64,000 nt of DNA from Zygnema circumcarinatum SAG 698-1b. Its lineage: Eukaryota > Plantae > Zygnematophyceae. Position numbers and translations under genes: made by a program. Below the pieces are notes generated by a model, which did not search any database, was not told the DNA's origin, and was given only the letters and a program-made list of their open reading frames with translations. The first letter of the stretch is position 1, and every line of letters starts with the position of its first letter. Location of the stretch: positions 806,001-870,000 of the forward strand of contig CM074817.1 in the NCBI GenBank assembly GCA_037447605.1, read 5' to 3'. Of the stretch, positions 12,247 to 44,787 are shown piece after piece.

Positions 12247-12672
12247 ATCCGTACACATATTTTTCCAGACAGTCAAAAGTGATGCACAGCCGACTAACAT
12301 CACATCCGGGTCAACGCGTTATTTGTACAGTACACAATGTACGAACGTACGGACGGATCGTCAACCTTTCAGCTTTCGTGAGGTCAATCGCGCACCCTCT
12401 CCCTCTCTCCCTCCCTCCCTCTCTCTCTCTTCCTCTCCCTCTCATCCTCTCTTCCAATCTCCCCCTCCCCCTCCTCAATCACTCTCTCTATCACTCCCCA
12501 AATTCCCTGGTTTCCTCTCACTCTATCCCCTCCATTTATCCCCACTCTCCACTCTCTTCCCCTCTCTCAGTCAGCCTGACTCTCCATCCTCCCTCTCCCC
12601 ACTTCCCATTATCTCTTTCCCTCTCTTACCCTCCCTCCCTCTCCCTCTCTACACTTAGTTCCTTTAAAGGAA

Positions 12673-14258
12673 ATGGGCCGGCCATGGCCTCCCGCGAGCT
12701 CTCTCGCCCTCCTCCTCCTCATCGCCTTGCTCTGTCCTCAGCGCCGACAGGCAGTGGTCGCGCAGAACATTGACGAGCAGAATATTCCCGGTGAGTGAAT
12801 GAGCAGAGAGACGGCTCCCTTATATTAAGAATTCATACTCTGCCCACATTTCTCACTCCCGCTCCCCCACCCGCACCATCACTCTGTCTCAATCCTTGTC
12901 TTGCTGTCCGGTTCAAACCCTCTTTTCTTCTCTCCTATCCGTCTATCTCCCTCCTCTATTTCGCTCTCTCTCTCTCTCCCTCCCTCCCTCATCCCTCTCC
13001 CTCACCCCTCGCCGCCTTTTCCTCGTCTCTCCTCCCCTCTCTCTCCCCTTTACTCTCACTGTCCCATTCGACCCCGCTCTCCTCCCTCCCTTCCCCTATA
13101 CTCCCCCCCCTCTCTCTCTCCACTTACTCTCACTCTTGTCTCTCCCTCCCCCCCTTCCTCCCTCCCCTCTCTCTCTCTTCCGTCTCTCCCCGTCTTCCCC
13201 AACCTCTCTCCCCCTCTCTCTCACTCTCCTCTCACCTCCACCTGCTCTCCAAAGCACCACTTTCCCCCCACCACAGCCCCCCCCCCCCCGGCTCTCTCTC
13301 CCCCCCTGTCACATCCCCTTCCTCCCTTTCCCCTCCAAACCAGACCTTCAAAAAAATCAAATTTCAGCATTCAAAGCTCACAATGCCAAGAGCATCTGCA
13401 CACATTCTACAAATAACTTCAATTTATTTAATTTTTTTTTTTTACCGCTTTGCTCGTTCAGGAACGGTTCGCATCAACTGCGGCGGCGTGACATATGTCG
13501 ACGTGTGGAACAGGACGTGGGCCGCAGATTCGTACTATGATTCGGGGGAGAATCGGACGGTCGTGGTGCCTCCTAGTGGTTCCTCCACGCTCACTGACTC
13601 GAGTCTGGGCAATGACGGGCTCTTTGAGAGCTTCAGGACTTGGCCTACAGGCGACAACAACTCCTATGTTATTCCCATTGGGACTTCAAACATATATTGG
13701 GTGCGTTTTATTTTTATTTTTCGAAAAGAAAATGAGTGGAAAATAGTATCGTCAACGCGTAAGTCAGTAAATTTTAATTTTGAATTTCAATTTTGAATTT
13801 TAATTTTGAATTGAAATTTTGGGTTATGGGGGGCTTGCAGGTGAGGCTTTACTTTGCGGAGATGGAGCTTGTGACTACATCAAAGCGGCAGTTTGCTATT
13901 TACATAAACGAAAAACTGGTAGGAGGTTTCTCCTACTTATGAGGGTGGGGGAGGCGAGAGAGAGAGAGAGTTAGATGGGGAGAGAGTGAGAGAGGAAGGG
14001 AGGAGAGAGGGAGGAAGGGTATCCATTCGTCCCCTTGCAATTCATATACTCGTACTGCTATTGCATTTTTTCTATGTCAATGCCTTACATCCCTTCATTT
14101 CTTTTCTTATATTTCTTACGCAGATGCGAAAAAACTTTTTCGTGCCCGGGAGTCAATATTATGTTGGCTTTTTGGAGTACTCCTTCCCAACAAACGCTAG
14201 CAGCCTCAACATCACATTTGGGCGGGAGACGGGAAATCCGTACATAAGTGCATTTGAG

Positions 14259-14319
<61 letters not shown>

Positions 14320-15657
14320 GGAGAGCGAGAGCGACACAGAGATAGGGAATGAGAGAGAGAGAGATGTAGAGAGAGATAGCCCATATACTGACTCTCTAAG
14401 TCAATAATCATTTCGATGCGGAATTCGGATTCTTTCCAACTTCCTGCTTGGTCACACTGCAATTTTTGTTTCATCTTCCTCACTCCGCATTTCTCGTTTC
14501 TACGGTTCCCCTCTCTCACTCCCCCCTAATGTATCTCAATCTCTCGTCCCTTTCGCTTTTTTCCCTCCCTCCCGCTCTCTCTCTCGTTCTCTCCCTCGTC
14601 TATTCCCTGCCCCCTTCGCTCCGTCGCTGCCCCCTCTTCACCCCTCTCTTCTCCACGCGTCCCTCTCTCCTTCTCCTCTCCCATTCTCCCTCGCTCACCC
14701 CTCCTCTCCCATCGCCTCCCCCCTCTGTCCTTCTCTCCCTCTCCCTTTCCCTCTTCATCTTCCACTCCCTCTCTCCCTCTCCCTCTCCCTCTCCCTCTCC
14801 CTCTCCCTCTCCCTCTCCCACTCCCTCTCCCTCTCCCTCGTCCTCTCCCTCTCCCTCACCCAGGTCGTTCCCGCACCCGCCGGGCAGCTCCGCGAAACTT
14901 TCACTCCTGCCCAGGGCCCTATAGTCCTCTCCCTCACTGACCGAGGAAATTTGGGAGCCCCCTCCTACTCCTATGATAGTGAGGGAAGGGCTTGGAATAA
15001 TGTCCTCCCTGCCTCTCTAAGGAGTCCAAATGTGGAATATATTTCCACAAATTCCTCCGTTGCAGCCAATACGAGCAGTGGGTTTTATTCTGAATGGCTC
15101 TACCAAACCATGTTCGCAGTGAGTGAGGGAAACCTGACGTCAGCAGGTTTAGGGGTCCAGTTGCAAGTTGACATCATCGGAAGCTACCTTATGATTTTAC
15201 ATTTTGCGGAAATTCAGTATTCGAATGTGGGCGATCGGATTATGGACATTTATATGAACAACCAGGTGGGGTGCTTTACTCCACTGGAAAAAGAAGGCGA
15301 GAGAGAGAGAAGGAGAGGGAGAGAGAGGGAGAGAGGGGAAAGAGAGAGGCGGGAGTGCGACCCAACTATTAAATTTTGCTTTGTACCTCATATTAACTCT
15401 ATTTCTGTTTCCAGCTCGCATATGAAGGGTTGGATGTTATCGCAAAGGTCGGAAAAAATACGGCCATGAATGTGACCTTGAATACCACCAGTACGGAAGT
15501 CAGCACGGGAATCAGTTTGGCCGTTCAACCGAACGGAAATTCCCTCCACAAAGAACCAATGCTCAGTGCAATTGAGCTCCTTTACATCAACTATTTAGAG
15601 CCACAAGTTGTGCCGGTACCGTCCAGTAAGCGTCTCTCCCGCTCTCTCCCTCCTTCG

Positions 15658-15731
<74 letters not shown>

Positions 15732-17905
15732 GGACTCTCCCTCTTCATCCAGGTCTCTCCCTCTCTTTCCCTCCATGTATCTCGCTCTCTCCCTCTAGCT
15801 TTCTGACTCTCCTCAGTCCAGTTCTCTCCTCTCCCTCGACAGGTCTCTCCCTCTCTCCCCGCAGGTCTCTCTCTCTCTCTCTCCCCCTACAGGTCTCTGC
15901 CCTTCTCTCGCCCCATGAGTTTCTGATGAAGGACCTCTTCGGATACATATTGAATGTTTGCATTCGAACTTATTCTCAGAAATCTATCAATACTAAATGA
16001 AGTGAATACCTCAGACCATGTTTTCAAGGCTTCCAAAATTCAGTTGAAGAGATAAAATGTGAGTTCCCTTTAAAGAAAGGTTTATAAAGATCAAGAAATT
16101 TAGTCGTAAAATCGGCGAATGTGGCGGAATGCAGGCAGCTCCTTCCCAGTGCCTGCCATTATCGCAATTGTAGCGGGGGGAATTATAGCTTTAATTGCAA
16201 TTATGGCCCTTATTTATTTGTGCTGGTGGAGGCGCGTTCTCGCCCGGAGATATGCGCTCGAGCAACGACCAGGTACACATAAGCTTCAGAAAAAAGAAAA
16301 AAAATAAGTAATTATAGCCGAAACTATGTCGTTTCTATTTCCCTGAAAAGAAAAAGACCAGAAAAAGCCTGAGAATCTGAGAGAAAAGTTATGAAATCGT
16401 ATTACTTCGCTGCTGCGTGTTTTGAAGTGAGTGCTTCAAAAACACGAGATCGAAATAATGTGTATAGACAAGTTGACTTTCCCTCCCTGTACCTCACTTT
16501 CCACTGCAACTCCAACTGCCGCTCGTCCTATCTCTTTCCCTTCCCCCTCAAACCAATCCGTTATTACCGACCCATCCACTTACCCCTTCCCCCTTGCCCC
16601 TTTCTCCTCCCCCCTCCTCACTTCCCCCCTCTCCCCCCCATCCTCATTTCCCCCCCCCCTTCCGTCTCCCCCGCTCTCCCTCCCTCTCCCCCTCCCTATC
16701 TCCATATCCCCCCCATCCTCCTCCCTCCCCCCTTCCGTCTCCCCCTCTCTCCCTCCCTCTCCCCCTCTCTATCTCCGTATCCCCCCCATCCTCCTCCCTC
16801 CCCCCTTCCGTCTCCCCCTCTCTCCCTCCCTCTCCCCCTCTCTACCTCCATATCCCCACCATCCTCCTTCCCCCCCCTTTCCGTCTCCCCCTCTCTTTCT
16901 CCCTCTCCCGCTCTCTATCTCCATATCCCCCCCATCCTTCTCCCCCCCCCTTCCGTCTCCCCCTCTCTCCCTCCCTCTCCCCCTCTCTATCTCCATATCC
17001 CCACCATCCTCCTCCCCCCCCCTTTCCGTCTCCCCCTCTCTTTCTCCCTCTCCCGCTCTCTATCTCCATATCCCCCCCATCCTTCTCCCCCCCCCTTCCG
17101 TCTCCCCTCTCTCCCTCCCTCTCCCCCTCCTCTCTCCCCCCCTCTCCCCCATCCTCCTCCCTCCCTCCCTCCCTCCCTCCCACTCCCTCCCTCCTCCTCC
17201 CTCCCTCCTCCTCCTCCTCCTCCTCCTCCCTCCCTCCCTCCCTCCCTCCTCCCTCCCTCCCTCCTCCTCCTCCCTCCCTCCTCCCTCCCTCCCTCCTCCC
17301 TCCTCCTCCCTCCCTCCCTCCCTCCTCCCTCCCTCCCTCCTCCACTCCCTCCCTCCCTCCCTCCCTCCCTCCTCCCTCCCTCCCTCCCTCCCTCCCTCCC
17401 TCCTCCCCTCCTCCTCCTCCTCCCTCCTCCTCCTCCCTCCCTCCTCCTCCTCCCTCCCTCCCTCCTCCTCCTCCCTCCCTCCCTCCTCCCTCCCTCCCTC
17501 CTCCCTCCCTCCTCCCTCCTCCTCCCTCCTCCTCCCTCCCTCCCTCCTCCTCCCTCCCTCCCTCCCTCGCTCCCTCCCTCCTCCCTCCCTCCCTCCCTCC
17601 CACTCCCTCCCTCCTCCCTCCCTCCCCTCCCCAGGCGGCCTTGGGCTGCTGAAGGCCCTGCAGTCCCGCGCTGTTCGGTTCGTGCCTCTGCGCGAGCTCG
17701 AGCGTGCGACGGCGCAGTGGGCGGACGCCCGCAAGCTCGGGGAGGGGGGCTTCGGGGCCGTCTTTAGGGCTGACGTGGCGGGCCAGGAGTGGGCCGTCAA
17801 GCGTGCAAAGAGGGCGCAGCAGGCCACTCTCGATGACTTCACCAACGAAGTAGGCTCTCTCTCTCTCTACCTCCCTCTCTCACTCTCTCTATCTCTCTCT
17901 CTCTC

Positions 17906-17965
<60 letters not shown>

Positions 17966-20062
17966 GCTCCCTCCCCACCTCCCTCCTTACCTCCCTCCTC
18001 AAGTAAGCGCTCTCTCTGTCTCTCGCTGACTCTCTCTCCCTCCCTTTCGCTGTCCCACTCTCTCTCGCTCTCTCGCCCCACTCTCTCTCTGTTCAAGTTA
18101 GTCCCGCTGTTGACTAACGGCGGATGTTTTCCATGATGGATCGTGAGCTGCAGGTGGACCTCATCTCGCAGTTGAACCACATAAACCTCGTTCGCCTCCT
18201 CGGCTTCTGTACGGAGAAGGGAGAGCAGATCTTTGTGTATGAGTTTTGCAGCAACGGAACTCTCCACAGCTACATAAAGCCGAGTATGACCTCATTCTAC
18301 TTCCAACCCTTTTTTTTTCTCCACATCTCGCCATGTTCAGCTGAATGAAACAAAATGAAAGTAAAAATAGAAAAGAAAGAAGAAAAAAGAGGTATGTCTG
18401 TCTGTCTTCTTACCTATCTATTTATTTACAGGTTTTTTTTATTGATCTTTGTTTATTTTAACTATGGCAGACTCCTCAAAGGAGCTGTTGAGCTTTGAGA
18501 AGAGGCTGGAAATCATGTTGGAATCAGCTCGTGGTTTGAACTACCTTCATAGTTTCGCAAAGGAGCCGGTCATTCACCGCGATATTAAATCGGAAAATAT
18601 TCTATTGGACAAGAACCTGCAGGTCAGCCACTCTTTTACAGACATCTTTTTTTTTTTTACATAGTTTTCTATTTCCGAAGTTGAGTGAAAAGTGTATTTT
18701 TTAATCTAATCGTCAAAGAAATGCAGAAAAAAATTTGGGTTTCTGGAAAAAAAAAAAAAAAGGTGTCAGAAAGTCTGAAAGCTTGACAGGGGTGTAATCT
18801 GCCATTACCAATCTATCAGCTTTTTTATTCTTTTTTTTTTATGATGATGCAGGCCAAAGTGGCGGATTTCGGGCTCCTCAAAAGGATTGAAGTTGGACTG
18901 CAAAAACAGAGAACTGTGAAAATCGCCGGAACGAGGGGCTACATGGATCCGGAATACTATGCCACTTTCCAAGTGACCGATAAGTCAGATGTGTACAGGT
19001 AAGGAGAGAGAGAGAGAGAGAGAGAGGGGAGGGAGAGGGTGTGGAGGGAGGAGATGGGGGAGAGGGGGAAGGGGAGAGGAGAAGGGAGGGAGAGGGTGTG
19101 GAGAGAGGAGATGGGGGAGAGGGGGAAGGGGAGAGGAGAAGGGAGGGAACAGAGAGGAGAGAGGAGATGGGGCAGGGGAGGGAGGAGAGAGGAGAGAGGA
19201 GAGGGGCGGGTGGAGAGATGAGTGGAGAGAGGAGGAACGAGAGATGAGAGAGGGGAGAGGGGAGAGGAGAGAAGAGAGGCTCACAGTTGCTCGTTTGGAG
19301 AGATATACAAGATTCGTAATGATTCTAACCCCTCTCTCTTTTTCCTCCCTCTCTCTCCCTCCATCTCTCTCTCTCTCCCTTCCTCCCTCCCTCCTTCCCT
19401 CCCTCTGCCAGTTTCGGAGTCCTCATGCTGGAAACGTTCACAGGATTGCCGCCGGTGATTGAGGACAAGGCCAACCCTGACAACTCGAAAACACTCGTAG
19501 CCTGGGTAAGAATAGATAGATCCACACCCATAAAATTCAACTCTAAAAGTTAACCCACGAAGTTTAACCTCAACTTCAACCCTGGGTCCCAACTCCTCAA
19601 ACCACAACAAATTTACCCACTCCCCTTCTTCGTTTTTCCTTCTTTGTCTAAAAACCCTAAAATCACAACAATTAACTCATCAAATTTCTTTCACTGTAAT
19701 GTGGGTGACTCGCATTACAGGCGAGGCCTCTCGCTCTACGAGGCCGGTGGGACGACTTGGTGGACCCGCGATTCCACAAGGTTTACCCCCGAGATCAATT
19801 CCGCAGAGTTGTGGAGCTAGCGCTCTCTGCTGTGAAGCAACACGGTCACGAGAGGCCCTCCATGGAGGGAATAGTGAGAGGCCTTGAAAAGATTTCAGCT
19901 CAGGTGTGCCCCTATGAGGGTCCCATCCCTGAAGAGGGAGAGAGGGACATTGAAGGAGGGGATAGGCGCACCCTTTTGGATGGGAATACGGAACTGAGTT
20001 CGAATGGAGATAGTGTGATAATGGGGGGTAGCAATGTGATGAGTGAGGTGTTGCCGAGGTAA
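12673..20062 (+). CDS. RLK-A: malectin-domain receptor-like kinase (CrRLK1L-like ectodomain of two malectin domains, TM, RD Ser/Thr kinase), ~799 aa, 13 exons
   Basis: Exons 12673-12790 (signal peptide), 13462-13700, 13841-13918, 14124-14258, 14864-15265, 15415-15625, 16135-16272 (TM), 17635-17849, 18154-18283, 18471-18622, 18853-18998, 19412-19505 and 19721-20062. Malectin motifs [31 protein letters not shown] and [19 protein letters not shown]. Kinase motifs [31 protein letters not shown] and SDVYSFG. Confidence 0.92.
16650..17130. repeat. Intronic pyrimidine-rich minisatellite (~62-64-bp unit) followed by a (CCCT/CCT)n tract
   Basis: Unit like CCCCCCTTCCGTCTCCCCCTCTCTCCCTCCCTCTCCCCCTCTCTATCTCCATATCCCCCCATCCTCCT, repeated roughly 7-8 times in RLK-A intron 7. 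It produces the spurious 450-530 aa ORFs. Confidence 0.8.
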
Positions 20063-21125
20063 GGGAGGGAAGGAGGGAGGGAGGGAGGGAGGGAGGGAGG
20101 GAGGGAGGGAGGGAGGTGGGAGGGAGGGAGCGAGGGAGGGAAGGAGGGAGGTGGGAGGGAGGTAGAGAGCGAGGGAGGGAGGGAGAGATGGAGGGAGGGA
20201 GGGAGGGAGGGAGGGAGTTTAGGTTTTTGTATTCGGTTAGAGTTGGGTGTACAGTGTAGGAGAGAAGAGGGGAGGAGAGTCCAAACGGATGTGTGTGAAA
20301 ATTTTCTGTGAATGTGAAGGGTTCCATGTTCTGCTTCATATGGAAGTGCGCGTAAGCTGAGAGAGCGAGAGGGGGAGGGAAGGAAGTGGGAGAGGAGGAG
20401 AGGGAGAGGGAGAGGAGGAATGGAGGCCGAGGAGTTCGAAATTCTGGAATTCGAGTGTGCGTATTTTTGCTATTCAACCTCCAAAGGCGATCGATCGATC
20501 AGAGAGAGGCCCAGAGCCCTTCAAAAGCTGAGGGGGCTCCCAAAGACACAAACGTGAGTCAAGGAAAAACCATAAACCGGGACGAGGTTTACAGTTTCAG
20601 GTTTTCAGTTTTCATCGGATCGGATTTTCGACGGTCGAGATTGAACTTCGACGCAGAAATTCTGAATCGACGGTCCAAAGTAGTTTCTGAAAGTCGCCCG
20701 TTGGCAATACAACAAATAGCGGAAAGTCCGCAAAATTCAAATTTAAATTTCGATTTCTGGCCGTTAAAAGTCAAAAAATTCGTACGGTAGTACATGTCCG
20801 TACACAATGGAGGCCAAATTTAAATTTACATTCGTACAAATTCGGACAAAACAATTTACTTACAGTACAGTACTGTATACAAAATCGAAGTGCCGTACGG
20901 CCGCGATGAAGCTCAAAAGGCGGAGCGACAGGGAAAGAGGGAGTGGGAGAGTGGGAGTGGGAGACTGGGAGTGGGAGACTGGGAGTGGAAGAGAGAGAAG
21001 GACAGGGATTGGGAGAGGAGAGGGAGAGGGAAAGGAGAGGGGGTTATCGAGAGGGATAGAAGGGTGGTGAGAGAGTGGGAGACAGAGAAAGGGAGAGAGA
21101 GGGAGAGAGAGAGAGAGAGAGAGAG

Positions 21126-23895
21126 ATGGGGAGAGTCCTGCAGGCGGTAGCGCTCACTATGGCCGCGCTGCTGCTAAGAGAGGTTCAGAGCCGCCAGATC
21201 ACCTCTACGGTCGCCAATGAGAATGAGGCTCGGAGGAGTTTAACCGAAGGTTTGGGTGGAATAATATCAACATTGGTGGATCCCTTGAAAGTGGAATCGA
21301 GTGGAGGGTGCATCCTGAACATGGACAGCCGATCAATGGCCTCGCGATCGGAGCAAGAAGCGCCTTGGACGTATATGGAAGAAAGGGGCCCAAAATTGCC
21401 CTTTTGGGTCGCCACGAAATTTATCAACAAGTGGGTTCTAGAGAATTCTTTAAATTTTAAATTTTGTCTTTTTTTTTTTAATTTTTAATTTTTGGTTTGT
21501 GTCCACGTTACTTATGACATTTTTTTTTTCTTTTCTTTTTTTGACGCAGGCACTACGCGAAGAAGCACGGCTACAAGTATATATTTAAGTCGCCAAGTGC
21601 CTTTATGGAGCCTGGCGAGGAACCACGAGCAGATTCTTGGTATAAGGTACGGATTTCTTCCGAATTTTCAGAATTTTGTTAACCGATATCTTGCTTTTTT
21701 TTATAATTCTGAGCAAAATATTAGTTCGGTAAGAAAGTTTAAGAAGAAAAACCTTCAATCCTAAAGCTGGGAAGCTCGGCATTAGTTTAGTTATTAACAC
21801 AGCTTTTTTACAGTACCTTTTTAGTTGACTTTTTAGTATTTAGAAATAACTTATCTGGCTGGTAAGTAATAAATAAATTATTGTTTGCAGATAAAGTTCA
21901 TGAAGGAGCAGCTGCAGTGCTGTTGCCGGTGGGCCTTCTTCATCGATTCGGACGCCTACTTTCGAATGAGCGACCACTCCCTCTCCATTGAAGGATGGCT
22001 CCAGAAGCTGAATGAGACGGTGAGGCCACCCCCCCCTCTCTCTCTCTCTCTCCCTCTCTCTCGCTCTCTCCCTCCCTTCCCTCTTTCGCGCTCTCCCTCC
22101 CCTCTCTCTCTCTCGCTCTCTCCCTCTCTCTCTCTCTCCCTCTCTTCCCTCTGCCGCGCTCTCCCTCCCCTCTCTCTCTCCCTCTCGCCCTCCCTCTTAC
22201 TCTCCCTCTCTTCCATCGGTCGCGCTCTCCCTCCCCTCTCTCCCTCTCGCCCCTCTCTCTTCTTTCACTTTCACTCACTCTCTCTCTACCACCCTCCTCT
22301 TCCTCTCCCTCTCTTTCTCCCTAAACCGTATCTTCTTCCCCATCTCTATCCTCAACACTTCAACCCTCATTTTCACCCCAAACATAGCTTCCAATGCACA
22401 ACTTCTTACCCCAACTTTCATATTTTATATTTATTATTTATTATTTTTTTTGCCCTTCTTTCTTTCATTCCAGAGCTATTTCGACGAGCTCGAATCCAAG
22501 GGCGTTAACCTTCACCACCAGACCTGGTATCCCGAGCACCCTCTCCGCCTGCTTGAAGCGCACGATTCCACCTCAAAGTTGATCGCGTTGATCCCAAGAA
22601 ACGGCGACAATTTGGAGGGTTGGTGTGGAAGCGAAGCGTACTTTTTCCCGGATCCACCCGACGACTGCCCGGAGTTTATCAATGCTGGAATCGTGCTGTT
22701 GAGGAATTCAACGTTGACTATGGAGGTAACGGACACTCGGATCAACTCCTGTAATTTTTTACTTGTTCCGGTAGTTTGAGTTTTCCTCTTGAGAATCGTC
22801 TCCTGCATCTCTCTCTCTCTCCCTCTCTCTCTCTCTCACTCTCGCTGGCACTCTCTTTCACGCTCTCTCTGTCTCTCTCCTTTTCTCTCACTGTGTTTCG
22901 ACCCCTCTGAAGTCCTCCATCTCAATGTTCCTTCCTTCTATTATCCCTCTCCCTTACTCCCCCTCTTTCTCTATAATTTCCTCTACTTCATTCCTCCCTT
23001 TCCACTCCCTCCCACTCCCCCACACTCTCACACCCTCCCATATTCACCCGTTTCTCATTTTCTCCTGCTCTCCCTCTCACTCGCTCTCTCCCCCTCCCAC
23101 ATTCCCTCTCCCACTCTCGCCCACTCCCTCCCACTCCCTTTCACCCCCTCCCAAATTACCCCCTTTCCCACTTTCTCCCACTCCCTCCCTCCCCCTCTCA
23201 CATTCCCTCACCCACTCTCTCCCCCTTGTCCAACTCCCTCCCACTCCCTTTCACCCCCTCCCACTCCCTTTCACCCCCTCCCACATTCCCCCATCTCCCA
23301 CTCCCTCCCACTCCCTCCCGCTCTCTTTCACCCCCTCCCACATTCCCTCGTCTCCCACTCCCTCCCACCCGCCACCCACATTCCCTCCTCTCCCACTCCC
23401 TCCCACTCCCTCCCGCTCTCTTTCACCCCCTCCCACATTCCCTCGTCTCCCACTCCCTCCCACTCCCTCCCACCCCCCACCCACATTCCCTCCTCTCCCA
23501 CTCTCTCCCACTCCCTCCCACTCCCTCTCACTCACTCCCACCCCCTCTCACATTCCCCCTCCTCTCACTCTCTCTCTCTCCCCCTCTCTCCCCCTCTCTC
23601 CCTCTCTCCCTCTCTGTCTCTCTCTCTCCCTCTCCCGCAGTTCCTGGACGAGTGGTACGCCGACCCCTCCCCCACCTTCCTCCGCAACCACCCCTGGGAG
23701 CAGCGCCGCCTCAACCTCATCAGCGCCAAGTACCGGCCCCACCTCGCGCTCGTGCCGTACATGGAGGCCACGGGTCCCGAGGGCCGTCAGATCCGCCACG
23801 TGTGGGGATCTGTGCCGTCCGCCCGCCGGCACCGCCTCGTGCGGGAGGCCGTTCTGGGGGTCGCCGCCGCCATGGCGGCCGAGGACGACGGCTGA
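21126..23895 (+). CDS. GT34-like glycosyltransferase (galactosyltransferase GMA12/MNN10 family), ~345 aa, 5 exons
   Basis: Exons 21126-21430, 21550-21646, 21891-22019, 22474-22725 and 23641-23895, all in frame. N-terminal hydrophobic segment and family-type motifs NKHYAKKHGY, DSWYKI, WAFFIDSDAYF (DxD), INAGIVLLRNS, FLDEWY and WEQRRLN. Family assigned from remembered motifs only. Confidence 0.75.
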
Positions 23896-25562
23896 AGGAG
23901 GCGGGTTTTCCTAAAGGAAAATTTGATAAAGTCACGTTAGGCTTTGATAAGGTTATATTTGATAACTTTACATGTTAGATAGATACTCTGAAAGGGGGTT
24001 TCTAAAACCCCATGTATGCTGAATTTTAGGGTTCTAAGATATGGGTTTGGGCTAATAATGTAAGCTAAATAAATTTTGTGAATATTGAAATTTTTTAATT
24101 TGGACTTTGTTTTGGTTTTTTTCTACAAAAAGCTCTAAATTTTAATTATGCTTTTGGCTTTTCCATGGAGGGAGTAGCGTGTCGTTCCGTTTCAAGATTC
24201 GCTGTTCTATGCTTGTGAAAGCACGGAAAAGTCGTGTACAGTTCTATGTTGTATCTATGCGGGTATTACCGTGCTGTTGAACTGGCAGTGGCGACTTCGG
24301 CATGGAAACTTGCTATGTTTGGTCGGTGGCGTTGACAGGACAAGGACTTTTTTGTCTTTTCACACCGACTTTTATTTTTTGAAAGGTCGAGACGGTTGCA
24401 TGTGCGACGACTTATGCCCCTCTACAGTACAACAATATTTGTCGCGTAGTGTATTTGTCAAGGAAAAGACAAGCCACCGACAAAGTACCGACATTGTGCC
24501 GACATTGCCGCCGGCATTGCGGCGCATTGTCACCGTACACTTTTTGTCGGCTTGGTCAAGTCAAAGACTTGACCGACGTGCCGCGCCGGCCTGTGTCTGA
24601 TTCGCTGCTCACTCTGCGCCGACTTATTTTCATTGACTCGGCGATAAGCTCGAGTCTGAAATGACCGATTTGCGGGCAGACCCAAAAATGCGTCCACCGA
24701 CATTTTGACCCACTAACGCACAAGGACAAATCAGGATATTAGTGCGAAAATAATACGACAAATTTTGGATGCTCCGTCAAACTAGAAGATGCCACATACG
24801 CACATGGAAATTGCACCACGTGGCAGTCAGTCAAGGAGTCAGCCGCTCCCTGAAGGTCGGTCGCTTTCTTGATTTATTAGCGAATAGCAAGGTGAAACGT
24901 GGCCAAGAAAATTGGTCAGCCGGAAAAGTCAAAGGGACCACGACAATACTCTGGCCAATGAGAGCGGACCAAATATACACGTGGCAGTTTGTGATTGGTA
25001 ATTTAAGAAACAGATGCACAAAGAATTCGTACTTCGCAAACAATGGATTTTGTTTTGAAAGACGACAAATTCTGACGAAATCCGAGAATTACACAACCAA
25101 TAGAAAGTCTCCACGTTGATCACACCAACGACTGAGCAAATAAGCGGACGCCACGTGTATAATTTCTGATGTGGTCGTCTGCTGGCGGGCGGATACGACA
25201 AAGAGACGACTAGTCGACGTCGTGTAGCGTGGAAACTGATTGAAAACCGTACGATGACGTCATTCTACCGCGTGGTGACGTGATAACAGTCGCGGTAGCT
25301 GCGGCGGGTGCCGCGCCGAGAGATGCGGAGGGAGGGAGGGAGGGAGGGAGGGAGGGGGAGGGAGAGGGAGCGGGAGAAAGAGGGAGAGAGGAAGGGAGAG
25401 AGCGAGGGAGGGAGGAAGGGTGGGAGGGAAGTATAGAGAGGGGGAGAGGGAGGCGAGGGAGGGAAGTGTGCGGGAGGGAGAGGGAGGAGAGGGAGAGGGA
25501 GACGGTGGAGTGCAGAGGGAGGGTGAGGGAGAGAGAGAGCGAGAAAGAGGGGAGAGGCCCAA

Positions 25563-44787
<19,225 letters not shown>

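Noticed and set aside
20386-20900. 134-aa ORF and CGACGGTC-type motifs between RLK-A and GT34
   Set aside because: No splice support or domain similarity, and no TIR/TSD pair was found. Treated as ordinary intergenic or promoter DNA.
24380-25300. CCGACATTG repeats and several 70-116 aa ORFs upstream of RLK-B
   Set aside because: No element boundaries, TSD or coding signature could be defined.
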